A stretch of DNA of 64,000 nucleotides. It comes from a virus. Taxonomy: Duplodnaviria > Caudoviricetes. The notes below the pieces were generated by a model, which had not been told where the DNA came from, did not search any database, and saw only the letters and a list, made by a program, of their open reading frames with translations. A program made the translations under genes and the position numbers. The DNA lies in IMG/VR virus record IMGVR_UViG_3300037424_001256, positions 1 through 64,000 of that record; one strand, written 5' to 3'. Position 1 is the first letter of the stretch, and each line of letters starts with the position of its first letter. Shown here in pieces: positions 18,511-28,068 of this stretch.

Positions 18511-18843
18511 ATGGGAAGAGGGGTTACAAAGCTAATGAGGACATATATCGTGAATAAGGAACGAGCCGACATGGACATAATAGTGGATTCGTTTATCGAT
18601 GATTTGGATCTTAGGGAAATGACGGTAATGCCGATCATAACAATCTACAAGAATACGACTAAAGATTATCCCGGAAAATATGTGGCGCGGTTGTTTGATA
18701 TCATGCCGGGGCAGGTTAAATTCACAAGATATATTATGCTATCTGATAACCTTAACAAAATAAGGAAGCAGATACCACATAACATGACGATGTTTATGCC
18801 ACAAGAAAATGAAGATCCGGTTGTGCTTGAAACTTGGATTTAG
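18511..18843 (+). CDS. hypothetical protein
   Basis: TIYKNTTKDYPGKYVARLF...EDPVVLETWI, a recurrent phage small-protein pattern. Confidence 0.6.
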   Translation: MGRGVTKLMRTYIVNKERADMDIIVDSFIDDLDLREMTVMPIITIYKNTTKDYPGKYVARLFDIMPGQVKFTRYIMLSDNLNKIRKQIPHNMTMFMPQENEDPVVLETWI

Positions 18844-18858
18844 AGAAAGGAGTATGAG

Positions 18859-19344
18859 TTGATGTTTCTCTCTGAAACAGAAGTATTCAGGAGAGCTATT
18901 CAAGATTACGGAAAAATACCTCAAAAGATAAAGGCCATCGAAGAATTGGCAGAACTAATTGAAGCTGTATCTATAGGGAATACACGTATGATTGCGGAAG
19001 AAATGGCAGATGTATCCATAATGATTGATCAACTAGAGCTTATATATGATAATAAGCATGAGGTAATGGGATATATAAAGGACCGTAAGAAAAAAAAATC
19101 TAGGCAGATAAGGCCGATAGAAGAGTTATCAAGATTGATACAGGTAATCGCCAAGGGTAGCGATTTGAGTTCGGTGGCTAAGAAAATGGCAGATGTTTAC
19201 GTTATATTAGATTATCTGAAGGAATTGTATGGAAATGCGCTGGATGTTGGAATTTACAGAGAATCAAAGTTGGAGAGGTTGAATCTCAGGTTACTTAGGC
19301 TTGAAGAGATACAGGAAATTAATCAACAAGGAGTGCAGATATGA
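18859..19344 (+). CDS. MazG-like dNTP pyrophosphohydrolase with tandem-duplicated motif
   Basis: IEELAELI..IAEEMADV and IEELSRLI..AKKMADV. Confidence 0.75.
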   Translation: MMFLSETEVFRRAIQDYGKIPQKIKAIEELAELIEAVSIGNTRMIAEEMADVSIMIDQLELIYDNKHEVMGYIKDRKKKKSRQIRPIEELSRLIQVIAKGSDLSSVAKKMADVYVILDYLKELYGNALDVGIYRESKLERLNLRLLRLEEIQEINQQGVQI

Positions 19345-19658
19345 GTTATGAAATCGTGGAACTGAAATCTCCGTTGGCTAGTGCTAAGGCTTATCGAGTT
19401 GGGGATTGTACAGTTATGGTGGGACAGGAAAATGGTATGTGGCATCTATCAATTAGTAATCCAGATCATTACCCAGAGTGGAACGTGATTAAAGAAGCGC
19501 GATATTTGTTTTGTCCAGAAGATATAACAATGGCTATGTTGTTGCCGCCAAAATCGGAGTATGTCAATATCCATTCAAATTGCTTCCATTTATGGCAATT
19601 AAAAGAAGAGTCACAAGTAGTTGTAGTCAAGAAGAAATCAAAGATAGTTCTACCGTAG
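19341..19658 (+). CDS. conserved phage hypothetical protein
   Basis: WHLSIS..YPEWNVIKEARY..LPPKSEYVNIHSNCFHLW. Confidence 0.7.
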   Translation: MSYEIVELKSPLASAKAYRVGDCTVMVGQENGMWHLSISNPDHYPEWNVIKEARYLFCPEDITMAMLLPPKSEYVNIHSNCFHLWQLKEESQVVVVKKKSKIVLP

Positions 19659-19669
19659 GAGGGATATAA

Positions 19670-19861
19670 ATGAGAAGTTACCATTGGAAGTTGGCGCTCT
19701 TCGTACTTATTATGATAAGTATTGGAAATTTTATACCGAGTGACTGGAAGGTTTTGTTTGGCTTTTTTTCCGGGATGACATGTGGTGCTTATTTTATCCC
19801 TTATGTCGTTAAGGAAAGATTGAACAGTGAAATTAGTAAAATGTGGCAGAAGGAAGAATGA
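19670..19861 (+). CDS. small membrane protein
   Basis: Two hydrophobic segments; GGAGG RBS. Confidence 0.55.
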   Translation: MRSYHWKLALFVLIMISIGNFIPSDWKVLFGFFSGMTCGAYFIPYVVKERLNSEISKMWQKEE

Positions 19862-19864
19862 TGA

Positions 19865-20089
19865 ATGGCAAGTGGAGCCATTATCGGAGATTGTCCAATA
19901 TGTAGAGAATTAATTTGGGAAGATGAAGATTTCACTGTAGATCATGATGGTTTTCAACATAGGAATTGTCTAATACGTAAAGCGAATAACGATATGTTGA
20001 AAAAAATTGGTAGGCTGAATAATACTAATGCGAGAATTCTGACCGAATTGCTAAACGTTTTGTTGTTGGCCCAAGGAGACAAGACGTAG
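19865..20089 (+). CDS. small zinc-finger protein
   Basis: CPIC...HxxC. Confidence 0.55.
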   Translation: MASGAIIGDCPICRELIWEDEDFTVDHDGFQHRNCLIRKANNDMLKKIGRLNNTNARILTELLNVLLLAQGDKT

Positions 20090-20211
20090 TACAAATAGGG
20101 CGTGTTTTTTTATTTGCCCATTTGTCTTACGTATTGTAGATTACGTAAAGGAATAAACTATTATTAGGAATACAGCAATAAGAGAATATTGGAATAAAGG
20201 AATATAAGAAT

Positions 20212-20559
20212 ATGGTGAATAGCAGGGACAAAGGATGTAGGGGTGAGAGGGAGTTCAGTAGGGTTTGCCGGGACGAAGGTTATGATGGAGCTAGAAGAGG
20301 ACAGCAATATTGTGGATTAAATAATGATGCAGACGTGACAGGTTTACCAGGAATTCACATTGAGGTAAAGCGCGTCAATAGGCTCCAGCTTAGTGATGCG
20401 ATGGCACAAAGCATCCGTGACGCAAAGCAAGGTGAGATACCCATCGTTGCTCATAGAAAAGATAGGGAAAAATGGCTTATCACCATGAGGGCCGAAGATT
20501 GGTTTATTATTTTTAGGGAGTGGGAAGCAGAATTAGATATTATTGAAAAGAATAAATAA
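20212..20559 (+). CDS. Holliday junction resolvase (Hjc-like PD-(D/E)xK)
   Basis: NSRDKGCRGERE, DADV, IHIEVKR. Confidence 0.8.
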   Translation: MVNSRDKGCRGEREFSRVCRDEGYDGARRGQQYCGLNNDADVTGLPGIHIEVKRVNRLQLSDAMAQSIRDAKQGEIPIVAHRKDREKWLITMRAEDWFIIFREWEAELDIIEKNK

Positions 20560-20642
20560 TTACCAAATTTTCCGCATGGACAATGATTGTTTCAAAAGTT
20601 ATATTTTAGTGAGACAATCTGTAAGAAATGGGGAATTAGGAA

Positions 20643-21308
20643 GTGTCTAGTCATAATAAACTTAAACTCCTCGGAGAAAAATTTGATATGTTAAAAGTTA
20701 TTTCACATGCTGGGATTCATAAGAGTGGTTATAGTTTATGGAACTGTAAATGCGATTGTGGAAATTTTAGGATAGTAACAGGAAGTAAGTTGGTTCGTAA
20801 AGTTATAGAAAATTGTGGTTGTCTAAAGGGAAATGCTCAAAGAACTCACGGTTTAAGTAAAACAGCTTTATTCAAAGTTTGGTGTTCTATGAAAAATCGT
20901 TGCAATAGGATGAAAGATCCGTCATTCAAGGATTATGGAGCAAGAGGAATTAAATTGTGTGATGAATGGATGAATGACTTTCAAATTTTCTATAATTGGT
21001 GTATGTATAATGGTTACAAAAAAGGACTTAGCCTAGATAGGAAAGACAATAATGGAAATTATGATCCTGATAATTGTAGATGGGTGACAATTGATATTCA
21101 GGTTAGGAATAAAAGAAGTAATATTATTTTAGAATTCAATGGAGAATTATTAACGCTCACAGATATTGCAAAAAAATTAAATATTTGTGATGAAACATTA
21201 CGGAATAGATACCATCGTGGAGAAAGAGGGGAAAGATTATTTAGGACGATTGAAACTAAATTTAGAAAGAAGCTTATTTTAAGAGAGTTGGAGGGGGAGG
21301 AATATTAA
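20643..21308 (+). CDS. HNH-type homing endonuclease-like protein
   Basis: WNCKCDCG, YGARGIKLC, SLDRKDNNGNYDPDNCRW. Confidence 0.8.
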   Translation: MSSHNKLKLLGEKFDMLKVISHAGIHKSGYSLWNCKCDCGNFRIVTGSKLVRKVIENCGCLKGNAQRTHGLSKTALFKVWCSMKNRCNRMKDPSFKDYGARGIKLCDEWMNDFQIFYNWCMYNGYKKGLSLDRKDNNGNYDPDNCRWVTIDIQVRNKRSNIILEFNGELLTLTDIAKKLNICDETLRNRYHRGERGERLFRTIETKFRKKLILRELEGEEY

Positions 21309-21310
21309 CG

Positions 21311-21958
21311 ATGATAAAGGTTGAGAATATTAGAGTATTTAACCTCCTTGGAGCCTTCAGGGGCGCTAGGAATCCCCTTGAGAGTTGGGATTTGTCGGAT
21401 AGTTTTTATCTAGATGGTGAGGAAATAATAGGGAAAAATGATTTATCCCTCGGATTGAAACTAATCAAAGCTGGCCCGGACCATTCAAAATACATGAGAC
21501 AAATATTTGTATGTATGGATATTACATCTTCCATAAGTTGGTGGTGGGACTTTGATACATACAAAGTATCCACCGTTAAGAATAGTACGAGTAGGATGCA
21601 TAAGTTGGGAACTAGGTTATTAACAGCTAAGGACTTCAGTTTTGACAATGAATATGGAGATATAAGCATTACTCCGTTTAGACAGTATGTAATGGATGAT
21701 CTAAATAGACGTATATCCGAGTATCAAAAACTAAAAAAAACAGATTTGAGGGCAGCAAAGGCATTATGGCGAGAAATCATACTTGACTTACCGCAAAGTT
21801 ATAATTTTTTAGCTACATGGACCGGAAATTACGAAAACTTAAGAAATATTTATCACAATAGAAAAGATCATAAACAAAGGGAATTCCGGGAATTCCGCAA
21901 GGAAATTGAAGGGTTGCCGTATGGCGAGTTGATTACAGTAGCAAGAGGTAGGAAGTGA
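21311..21958 (+). CDS. ThyX-like (FAD-dependent thymidylate synthase fold) phage protein
   Basis: ARNPLESW, HSKYMRQI, FDTYKVSTVKNSTSRMHK, LPQSYN, NYENLRNIY..RKDHK. Confidence 0.6.
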   Translation: MIKVENIRVFNLLGAFRGARNPLESWDLSDSFYLDGEEIIGKNDLSLGLKLIKAGPDHSKYMRQIFVCMDITSSISWWWDFDTYKVSTVKNSTSRMHKLGTRLLTAKDFSFDNEYGDISITPFRQYVMDDLNRRISEYQKLKKTDLRAAKALWREIILDLPQSYNFLATWTGNYENLRNIYHNRKDHKQREFREFRKEIEGLPYGELITVARGRK

Positions 21959-22170
21959 TAAAAATGGAGGAGCAAACTAAAAAATGCGGTAACTGCGTTC
22001 ACTTAATGGGAAAAAAGGGAACGATTGCGGAAAATACTTGGCAAAAGGAATTAAATTCTGGTGTTTGTGAAATGAATGGAAAGGCGATGAGCGGATCGTT
22101 AATAGCGGGCTGCCCCTTGCATAAGTTTAGGAAAAAGGAAGATATAATGGGAGAACAAGGACATGGATAA
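21955..22170 (+). CDS. small Cys-containing protein
   Basis: CGNC..C..C; overlaps the upstream stop. Confidence 0.5.
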   Translation: MIKMEEQTKKCGNCVHLMGKKGTIAENTWQKELNSGVCEMNGKAMSGSLIAGCPLHKFRKKEDIMGEQGHG

Positions 22171-22182
22171 ACGTAGTCAGAA

Positions 22183-22803
22183 CTATGACCAATCACCATA
22201 AAACCATAAATATCCACCCGATGACTTAGACACCCTTTTTAAGTGCTTAGATAAATTAGTGCGTCCGATACCTGTTTCCTTGCTTGCTTGCTCGATTGAT
22301 GCATAAGATTTTATAAAATTTCCACGAAGATCATGTTGGGATACCTTCTTGTTGCCATAATGTTTTCCGATTAGTTTCTTAGAATAATGGTTATCTCCTT
22401 TAGGAACATATTGTAATCCTAGTTTAATGGCATGAATTATGTTTTCCGAATTAGTTGCCCATTCTAGATTCAATTCATGACAATGTATTTTATCCCCATC
22501 CTTATGATTGACTTGTGTTTTATTTTCTGGATTTGGAATAAAGGCTAATGCCACAAGTTGATGTACACTATATTGTTTACTTCTAAGATTCAATTTCAAG
22601 TAACCATCCTGTTTTTTCCTTTTCTTATTCCGTGCAATTTCTGGCTTAAGTATGCGTTGAGGCGTATCGGAAACATAAAATCCATAAGAACCAGAACATC
22701 TTTTTAAATAACTAGTAATTGTTCCGTCATTTGTAATTTTATAACCAGTTAAGTGCTCTAAGCCTTGTATGTCGCATAACCATTTCTCTTTCATAACACA
22801 CAC
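22183..22803 (-). mobile_element. NUMOD4/HNH/NUMOD1 homing endonuclease gene inserted against the operon direction
   Basis: VHQLVALAFIPNPENKTQVNHKDGDK..NLEWATNSENIIHA; C-terminal YASIEQASKETGI. Confidence 0.85.
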
Positions 22804-22854
22804 CCCTACATTATTAACATGAACTAATTATAACCTATCTGGAGGTAAAAACGC

Positions 22855-23688
22855 ATGGTAAAGATTTGTATTGATCCCGGTCATAATTCATTTGGCGAAG
22901 ATACCGGAGCTGAAGGTAACGGTTTGAATGAACAAGACATTAACCTTGATATAGGATTGAGATTAAATGATATTCTAGTTGCCAATGGGTTTGAAATGAT
23001 AATGACAAGGACAGGAAATTTGGTTAATGGGTTATCAGAAGGCTATAAATTGCATGAATCATTACAAAGAAGATGTGATATTGCCAACGCTTTTCAAGCT
23101 AATTTATTTGTCTCAATACACTCCAACAGTGCAGATATCAGTTCTCCTAACGGTGTCGAGATTTTGGTTTCTGGACTTGGTGGTGAAGCTGAAAAATTAG
23201 CAGACAAGGTTCTTCCTTATTTAGTTGGACTTGGACAAACTGATAGACATGTCAAAATACAAAATGTCTATGTTTTAAAAAATACTCCTATGCCAGCCAT
23301 ACTCACGGAAAACGGATTTCTTAGTAACGCTAAAGATGCTGAGAAGTTAGCTAATCCAGCATTTCGCCAAAAGATAGCGATTGCTCACGCCAAAGGAATA
23401 ATGGAATACTTTGGAATTAAGAGTGGAGGGGAAAGTGCAGTGGAGATAGCTATCCTTAAATTTACCCCGGAAGATGATTGGGCAGCTAAAGATGTTGATT
23501 CTAAACATGGTGGAGTAGCAAACTTTACGCGCCAAGGTGTTAGTAAAGTTATCCCAGCAGGAGCTATGCTATCGGATCGGTTAATAGTCATTGGTGGTCC
23601 AACGACTGGGCACAAAAATGAGATATTGCTTTCCGGTAAGGATAAATACGAAACAGCAACAAAGGTAGCTGAATATCTAAAGAATTAG
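22855..23688 (+). CDS. N-acetylmuramoyl-L-alanine amidase (Amidase_3 endolysin) with C-terminal cell-wall-binding region
   Basis: ICIDPGH, E, LFVSIHSNS, PAILTENGF; C-terminal LSGKDKYETA. Confidence 0.92.
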   Translation: MVKICIDPGHNSFGEDTGAEGNGLNEQDINLDIGLRLNDILVANGFEMIMTRTGNLVNGLSEGYKLHESLQRRCDIANAFQANLFVSIHSNSADISSPNGVEILVSGLGGEAEKLADKVLPYLVGLGQTDRHVKIQNVYVLKNTPMPAILTENGFLSNAKDAEKLANPAFRQKIAIAHAKGIMEYFGIKSGGESAVEIAILKFTPEDDWAAKDVDSKHGGVANFTRQGVSKVIPAGAMLSDRLIVIGGPTTGHKNEILLSGKDKYETATKVAEYLKN

Positions 23689-23709
23689 TTCCCTAAGGAG
23701 CTGGTTTGA

Positions 23710-24264
23710 ATGCAGATGACAGAGGAACAAAGAAAATTAGTTGAGGATCATATTAAGCTTGCATGGTTCATGACTCATAAATGGGCAAAAAGAGGAACCT
23801 TCTATTTTGGGATAGATGAGATGTTTAGTATATTTTCCCTTGCGCTCTGTAAGGCTGGTTATACTTATAGTAATAAAAGGGGCACCAAATTTATAACCTA
23901 CGCTACTAAATGTATGGAAAATGAAATAAGAATGGCATTTAGAAAAAGATTCAACACGGGTCAATCTAGGGAATTGTCAATGATTAGCATGGACAAATTT
24001 GGGAATGAAGTTGATTATAGTGAAATATTTACAGATGATACACATTTAGAATTAGATGAAGTATTGGATTTGATGGTACTTAAAGATGCATTAAATATAT
24101 TGAACGATAAAGAACTAAGAATACTTAAATTGCGTTATTGTGATGAAATAAGCCAACAAAAAATAGCTGGTATAATTAATATCTCAAGAAGTTATGTGTC
24201 TCGTATCGAGAGAAGATCGTTAAGAAAACTAAAAAAATGGTATGATGAAAATGTTCAGGTATAA
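23710..24264 (+). CDS. sporulation-type (SigE/SigK-like) sigma factor 1
   Basis: KFITYATKCMENEIRM (region 2); SQQKIAGIINISRSYVSRIERR (region 4). Confidence 0.85.
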   Translation: MQMTEEQRKLVEDHIKLAWFMTHKWAKRGTFYFGIDEMFSIFSLALCKAGYTYSNKRGTKFITYATKCMENEIRMAFRKRFNTGQSRELSMISMDKFGNEVDYSEIFTDDTHLELDEVLDLMVLKDALNILNDKELRILKLRYCDEISQQKIAGIINISRSYVSRIERRSLRKLKKWYDENVQV

Positions 24265-24396
24265 TCAATATGTTTCTACGGATTGTGAGATAAAGGAATA
24301 TAATAAATGTAGAATATAGAAGAAATATACATAGTGACATACTATTTATTTTATATTAACATTAGGACAAGTTAATAGAAGGGAGAGCATATACTT

Positions 24397-24822
24397 ATGA
24401 GTTCGGTAGAAAACTTTTACGAGGATTTGAATGAACTCAAGGCACATATTGAGGTTTTAAGGGCTGAATTATTTTCGCTGGAGGCAACGGGAATATCGGC
24501 TATGAGATTAGACAAGATTGGTAAAAGTTATAATATTTCAAAACCAACAGAAATTGATGCCATTAGTTTAATATCTAAGAGAACGGAATTAAATGAGAAG
24601 ATTATCGTGATGCAACAAAGGGTGGAAATATTAGATAATGCATTAAATGCGTTGACACCATTTGAATACGAGATAATCAATCGTAAAGTGATAAATAATG
24701 AACCGTTTTACAGGATATGTGGAGATCTTAAAATAAGTGAGAGAAACGCTCGAAGAACAAAAGCTAGGGCGTTGATTAAGTTGGAAAGAACCATTAATTT
24801 TGAAAATAGGAAATTTTTCTGA
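24397..24822 (+). CDS. ArpU/RinA-family late transcription activator
   Basis: ALNALTPFEYEII...ICGDLKISERNARRTKARAL; directly upstream of terS. Confidence 0.75.
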   Translation: MSSVENFYEDLNELKAHIEVLRAELFSLEATGISAMRLDKIGKSYNISKPTEIDAISLISKRTELNEKIIVMQQRVEILDNALNALTPFEYEIINRKVINNEPFYRICGDLKISERNARRTKARALIKLERTINFENRKFF

Positions 24823-24965
24823 ATTTGGCAGGGTTTTGGCAGGGTTTTGTCCATTTACAATGTGAAAGAAACATGTTATATTAATGCTGAGACAACCACG
24901 AAAAACATACAAAACGGCTTCTTTTGAAGTCGTTTTTTTACTTTCATTAAATAGAGGTGATTTAG

Positions 24966-25472
24966 ATGGCAAGTAGAGGTAGACCGGACATGCTCACCCC
25001 AAAGCTTAGGGAGGATCTTCTCAAAATGATTGTGGCTGGAAATTATATTGAAACTGCAGCGGCTTACGTGGGAATTGCTCAACAAACCTTGCGTGAATGG
25101 ATGAGGAGAGGGGAAAGGGAGGCGCAAAGATTATATTCAGATCCAGATGCAAGACCAATAAAATCAGAGGGAAAATACTTGGAGATATCACAAGCTATCA
25201 GACAGGCTCAGGCTGAGTCTGAAGTTAGGGATGTTGTTTTGATAGGCAGGGCTGCCCAAGAACAGTGGCAAGCGGCTGCGTGGAGATTGGAGAGAAGATA
25301 TCCAGATCGTTGGGGTAAGAAGGAACGCCATGAAGTTACAGGTGCAAATGGTGGACCAGTCCAATTCGAAGAAATACGCGAACGATTACTAAGGAAATTA
25401 ACAGAAATTAATGTTGAGGAACATAGTAGTAGGGATGGGAGAAAAATGATCAGTGGAGATAGAGAAGATTGA
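24966..25472 (+). CDS. terS: terminase small subunit
   Basis: GNYIETAAAYVGI, WQAAAWRLERRYPDRWG, HEVTGANGGPVQ. Confidence 0.8.
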   Translation: MASRGRPDMLTPKLREDLLKMIVAGNYIETAAAYVGIAQQTLREWMRRGEREAQRLYSDPDARPIKSEGKYLEISQAIRQAQAESEVRDVVLIGRAAQEQWQAAAWRLERRYPDRWGKKERHEVTGANGGPVQFEEIRERLLRKLTEINVEEHSSRDGRKMISGDRED

Positions 25473-25941
25473 GCTATCTAAAATAAAACCAGCTAAATAT
25501 AATCCCCGGAAAGACCTGAAAAAGGGTGATGCGGAATATGAGAGGATCAAAAAAAGCATAATTGAATTTGGCTTAGTAGATCCACTCATCGTAAATACTG
25601 ACTTTACCTTGATAGCTGGTCATCAAAGGTTAAAGATATTGCGAGAACTTCATTTTTCAGAAGTTGATTGCGTAGTATTAAGGCTTACGAAGAAAAAAGA
25701 AAAGGCTTTAAACTTAGCCCTTAATAAAATCACTGGAAAATGGGATAACGCATTATTAAAAGATCTGCTTCAGGATCTGGATACAGGTTCATTTGATATG
25801 GAGTTGACTGGATTCAGCACCATAGAATTAGAGAACTTACTTACAGTCATTCCAGATATTGAAGAAAATGATGATAAGTTTGACTTCGATAAAAAGGGAA
25901 AAGTCAATTGCCCAAGATGCGGTCACGAATTCGAACTCTAA
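25453..25941 (+). CDS. ParB/Srx-like domain protein with C-terminal zinc ribbon
   Basis: KPAKYNPRK, SIIEFGLVDPL, IAGHQRL; CPRCGHEF. Confidence 0.85.
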   Translation: MEIEKIELSKIKPAKYNPRKDLKKGDAEYERIKKSIIEFGLVDPLIVNTDFTLIAGHQRLKILRELHFSEVDCVVLRLTKKKEKALNLALNKITGKWDNALLKDLLQDLDTGSFDMELTGFSTIELENLLTVIPDIEENDDKFDFDKKGKVNCPRCGHEFEL

Positions 25942-25961
25942 AAAAATGGGGGAGAATACTT

Positions 25962-26177
25962 TTGAAACCTGAAACAATAGAAAATAATTTCAGTTATCAT
26001 GCTCCCAAAAAGGGGCAACACGAAAAATATAATGCTATTAGGACAAAGGCGAAAGAATTAGCTTATCTACTGGATGAAATGTGTCCAATATGCAGAGAAA
26101 AATCAGTGGCCTTTACTAAATTGGAAGAATGCGTAATGTGGGCAAATTCGTCTATTGCGAGGGAAAAAATAGACTAA
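25962..26177 (+). CDS. Acb2/Tad1-like hairpin protein (candidate cyclic-nucleotide sponge)
   Basis: GGGGGAG RBS + TTG; NFSYHAP..REKSVAFTKLEECVMWANSSIAR. Confidence 0.65.
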   Translation: MKPETIENNFSYHAPKKGQHEKYNAIRTKAKELAYLLDEMCPICREKSVAFTKLEECVMWANSSIAREKID

Positions 26178-27170
26178 ATGTGGGGGAAATATATGGCTCA
26201 TGTTTTTCTAGATAAGAATATACTCATATCAGGTGGTACGGGTACGTTTGGAAGAAATTTTGTAAAATGGCTCCTAGAGAAAGAAAATCCCAAACGAATA
26301 ATTATATTTTCAAGAGATGAACTAAAGCAACATGATATGAGAACAAACGGATACGATGACGAACGTATTCGTTTTTTTATTGGTGATGTAAGGGACAAGG
26401 AAAGACTTAGGAGGGCTTTGCATGGAGTAGATATAGTTATCCATGCCGCAGCTTTAAAACAAGTACCAGCATGTGAGTATAATCCTTACGAAGCAGTTAA
26501 AACAAATGTAATAGGTACTCAAAATGTCATCGAATCTTCCATTGATGCGCGAGTAGAACGTGTCATGGCAATATCTACTGATAAAGGATGTATGCCAAGT
26601 AACACATATGGAGGAACTAAATTTTTATCAGAGCGACTTGTTATAAATGGAAATGCTTATGCAAGTAGGACTAAAACAAAATTTAGCTGTATCCGATACG
26701 GAAATGTGACTGGTTCGCGTGGTAGCATTGTTCCCTTGATGATTAAACAAAGGGACGAAGGACAACCGATTACGATCACGGACGTTAGAATGACTAGATT
26801 TTGGTTACAGCCTGAGAGGGCTTGCGAAATTGTGGCTAAGGCAATCGAAGTAATGCATGGTGGAGAAATATTTATTCCCAAGATACCAAGCATTAGAATT
26901 CTAGACTTAAAGAGAGCTATTGCCCCGGAGTCAGAAACTAAATATATAGGAATTCGCGAAGGCGAAAAACTCCACGAATCATTAGTTGGTGAACAAGAAG
27001 CGCCACTTACTATTGATACTGGAGATTTTTTTATTATTGAGAGTCCTCAGGACTGGTTCCAGAGAGGACGAATCAAAGGAGAACCATTCAGGAAGCAAAG
27101 ATACGTCAGTGATGAGAATGATGATTTCTTAACTATTGATGGAATAAAGAAAAGCATTGGCAGTGCTTAA
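26178..27170 (+). CDS. pseB: UDP-GlcNAc 4,6-dehydratase (PseB/FlaA1-like)
   Basis: GGTGTFG, FSRDELKQ, GDVRD, HAAALKQVPACEYNP, STDK, YGGTK, RYGNVTGSRGS, GIREGEKLHE. Confidence 0.93.
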   Translation: MWGKYMAHVFLDKNILISGGTGTFGRNFVKWLLEKENPKRIIIFSRDELKQHDMRTNGYDDERIRFFIGDVRDKERLRRALHGVDIVIHAAALKQVPACEYNPYEAVKTNVIGTQNVIESSIDARVERVMAISTDKGCMPSNTYGGTKFLSERLVINGNAYASRTKTKFSCIRYGNVTGSRGSIVPLMIKQRDEGQPITITDVRMTRFWLQPERACEIVAKAIEVMHGGEIFIPKIPSIRILDLKRAIAPESETKYIGIREGEKLHESLVGEQEAPLTIDTGDFFIIESPQDWFQRGRIKGEPFRKQRYVSDENDDFLTIDGIKKSIGSA

Positions 27171-27190
27171 TTAATTGGGGGAAAAATTAA

Positions 27191-27421
27191 ATGGAAAAAA
27201 ATTCTATATGCAAAAATATTTCGAAGATATTAGAAGATTTAAGGCAGATAAATTTTGATTTTCCAGAGTTAGTACCTTTTATTGAAAGCGGAATATTAAA
27301 TATTCCAATGGCAAAATTAATCAGCAGTAGGATGGATCTAAGTTTAAGGGGAAGACTTCTTGATAAATTGAGGAGCGGAAAAGATCCTTATATTATAGAT
27401 CTTGTTTTGCAAAGAACATGA
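27191..27421 (+). CDS. hypothetical protein
   Basis: GGGGA RBS; ends just before array E. Confidence 0.5.
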   Translation: MEKNSICKNISKILEDLRQINFDFPELVPFIESGILNIPMAKLISSRMDLSLRGRLLDKLRSGKDPYIIDLVLQRT

Positions 27422-27424
27422 TTT

Positions 27425-27753
27425 TACTAGCCAGTTAAATGGATAGAACCCATTGAATAAGAGCGAGCCAAAGGTCAGGATATTATCAAATACGATGAGT
27501 AAATCAAAAAATATAGATTGTATCAAATAATTAGATTGAACCAATATGGTTAGAGTACCATTCCGTAAGAGTGAATCAAAGGATCTAAATGTATCATGTC
27601 GCGCGAATGAATCAAAGGTATCGAATTAATCAGCTTCTTGGAGTGAATCACAATGATGATCTGAACATGTACCCGAATGCGCCAATGCATATGAATAATC
27701 AACCCTTTTGAGCGAGCCATTTGCAAGAAAGAAACAAAAACTAAGAGCGATCA
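27425..27753 (+). ncRNA. TIGR-like array E (about 9 units) inside the sugar cluster
   Basis: Edge motifs gagcgagcca (27461), gagtaaatca, gattgaacca, gagtgaatca, gaatgaatca, gagtgaatca, gaatgcgcca, gagcgagcca, gagcgatca (27745), at ~36-nt period with loop motifs. Confidence 0.78.
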
Positions 27754-27781
27754 AAAATCAAATTGGAAGAGGTAGGACAAT

Positions 27782-28051
27782 TTGAGATTAGGGCAATTCA
27801 ATATCCAGAGAAGCGCTATCTTAGAATTACCAGAGTTGGTCATGGCAATTACTGCTAGGATGATTATTTATCGGGCTGAGATGATGTTCCATAAAGATTG
27901 CGTGGAGTACATTGCCATTTCTGATTTATTTGATGAGGTAGAGCAAGGGCAATGCCCACCGGAATATATGATAATCGTCGAGACAAACGAGGATGGCACA
28001 TATGTAATTTCAGCGCAAAAGAAGAGGGATAGGGTGACACCATTTCAATGA
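27782..28051 (+). CDS. conserved phage hypothetical protein
   Basis: VEYIAISDLFDEVEQGQCPPEY; GAGGTAGGA RBS. Confidence 0.6.
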   Translation: MRLGQFNIQRSAILELPELVMAITARMIIYRAEMMFHKDCVEYIAISDLFDEVEQGQCPPEYMIIVETNEDGTYVISAQKKRDRVTPFQ

Positions 28052-28068
28052 TGAGATGGTTTTTTTAG

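Noticed and set aside
1-27753. Self-targeting of the phage genome by paired spacers
   Set aside because: It could not be tested by hand, so no target is claimed. It needs a systematic split-spacer search.
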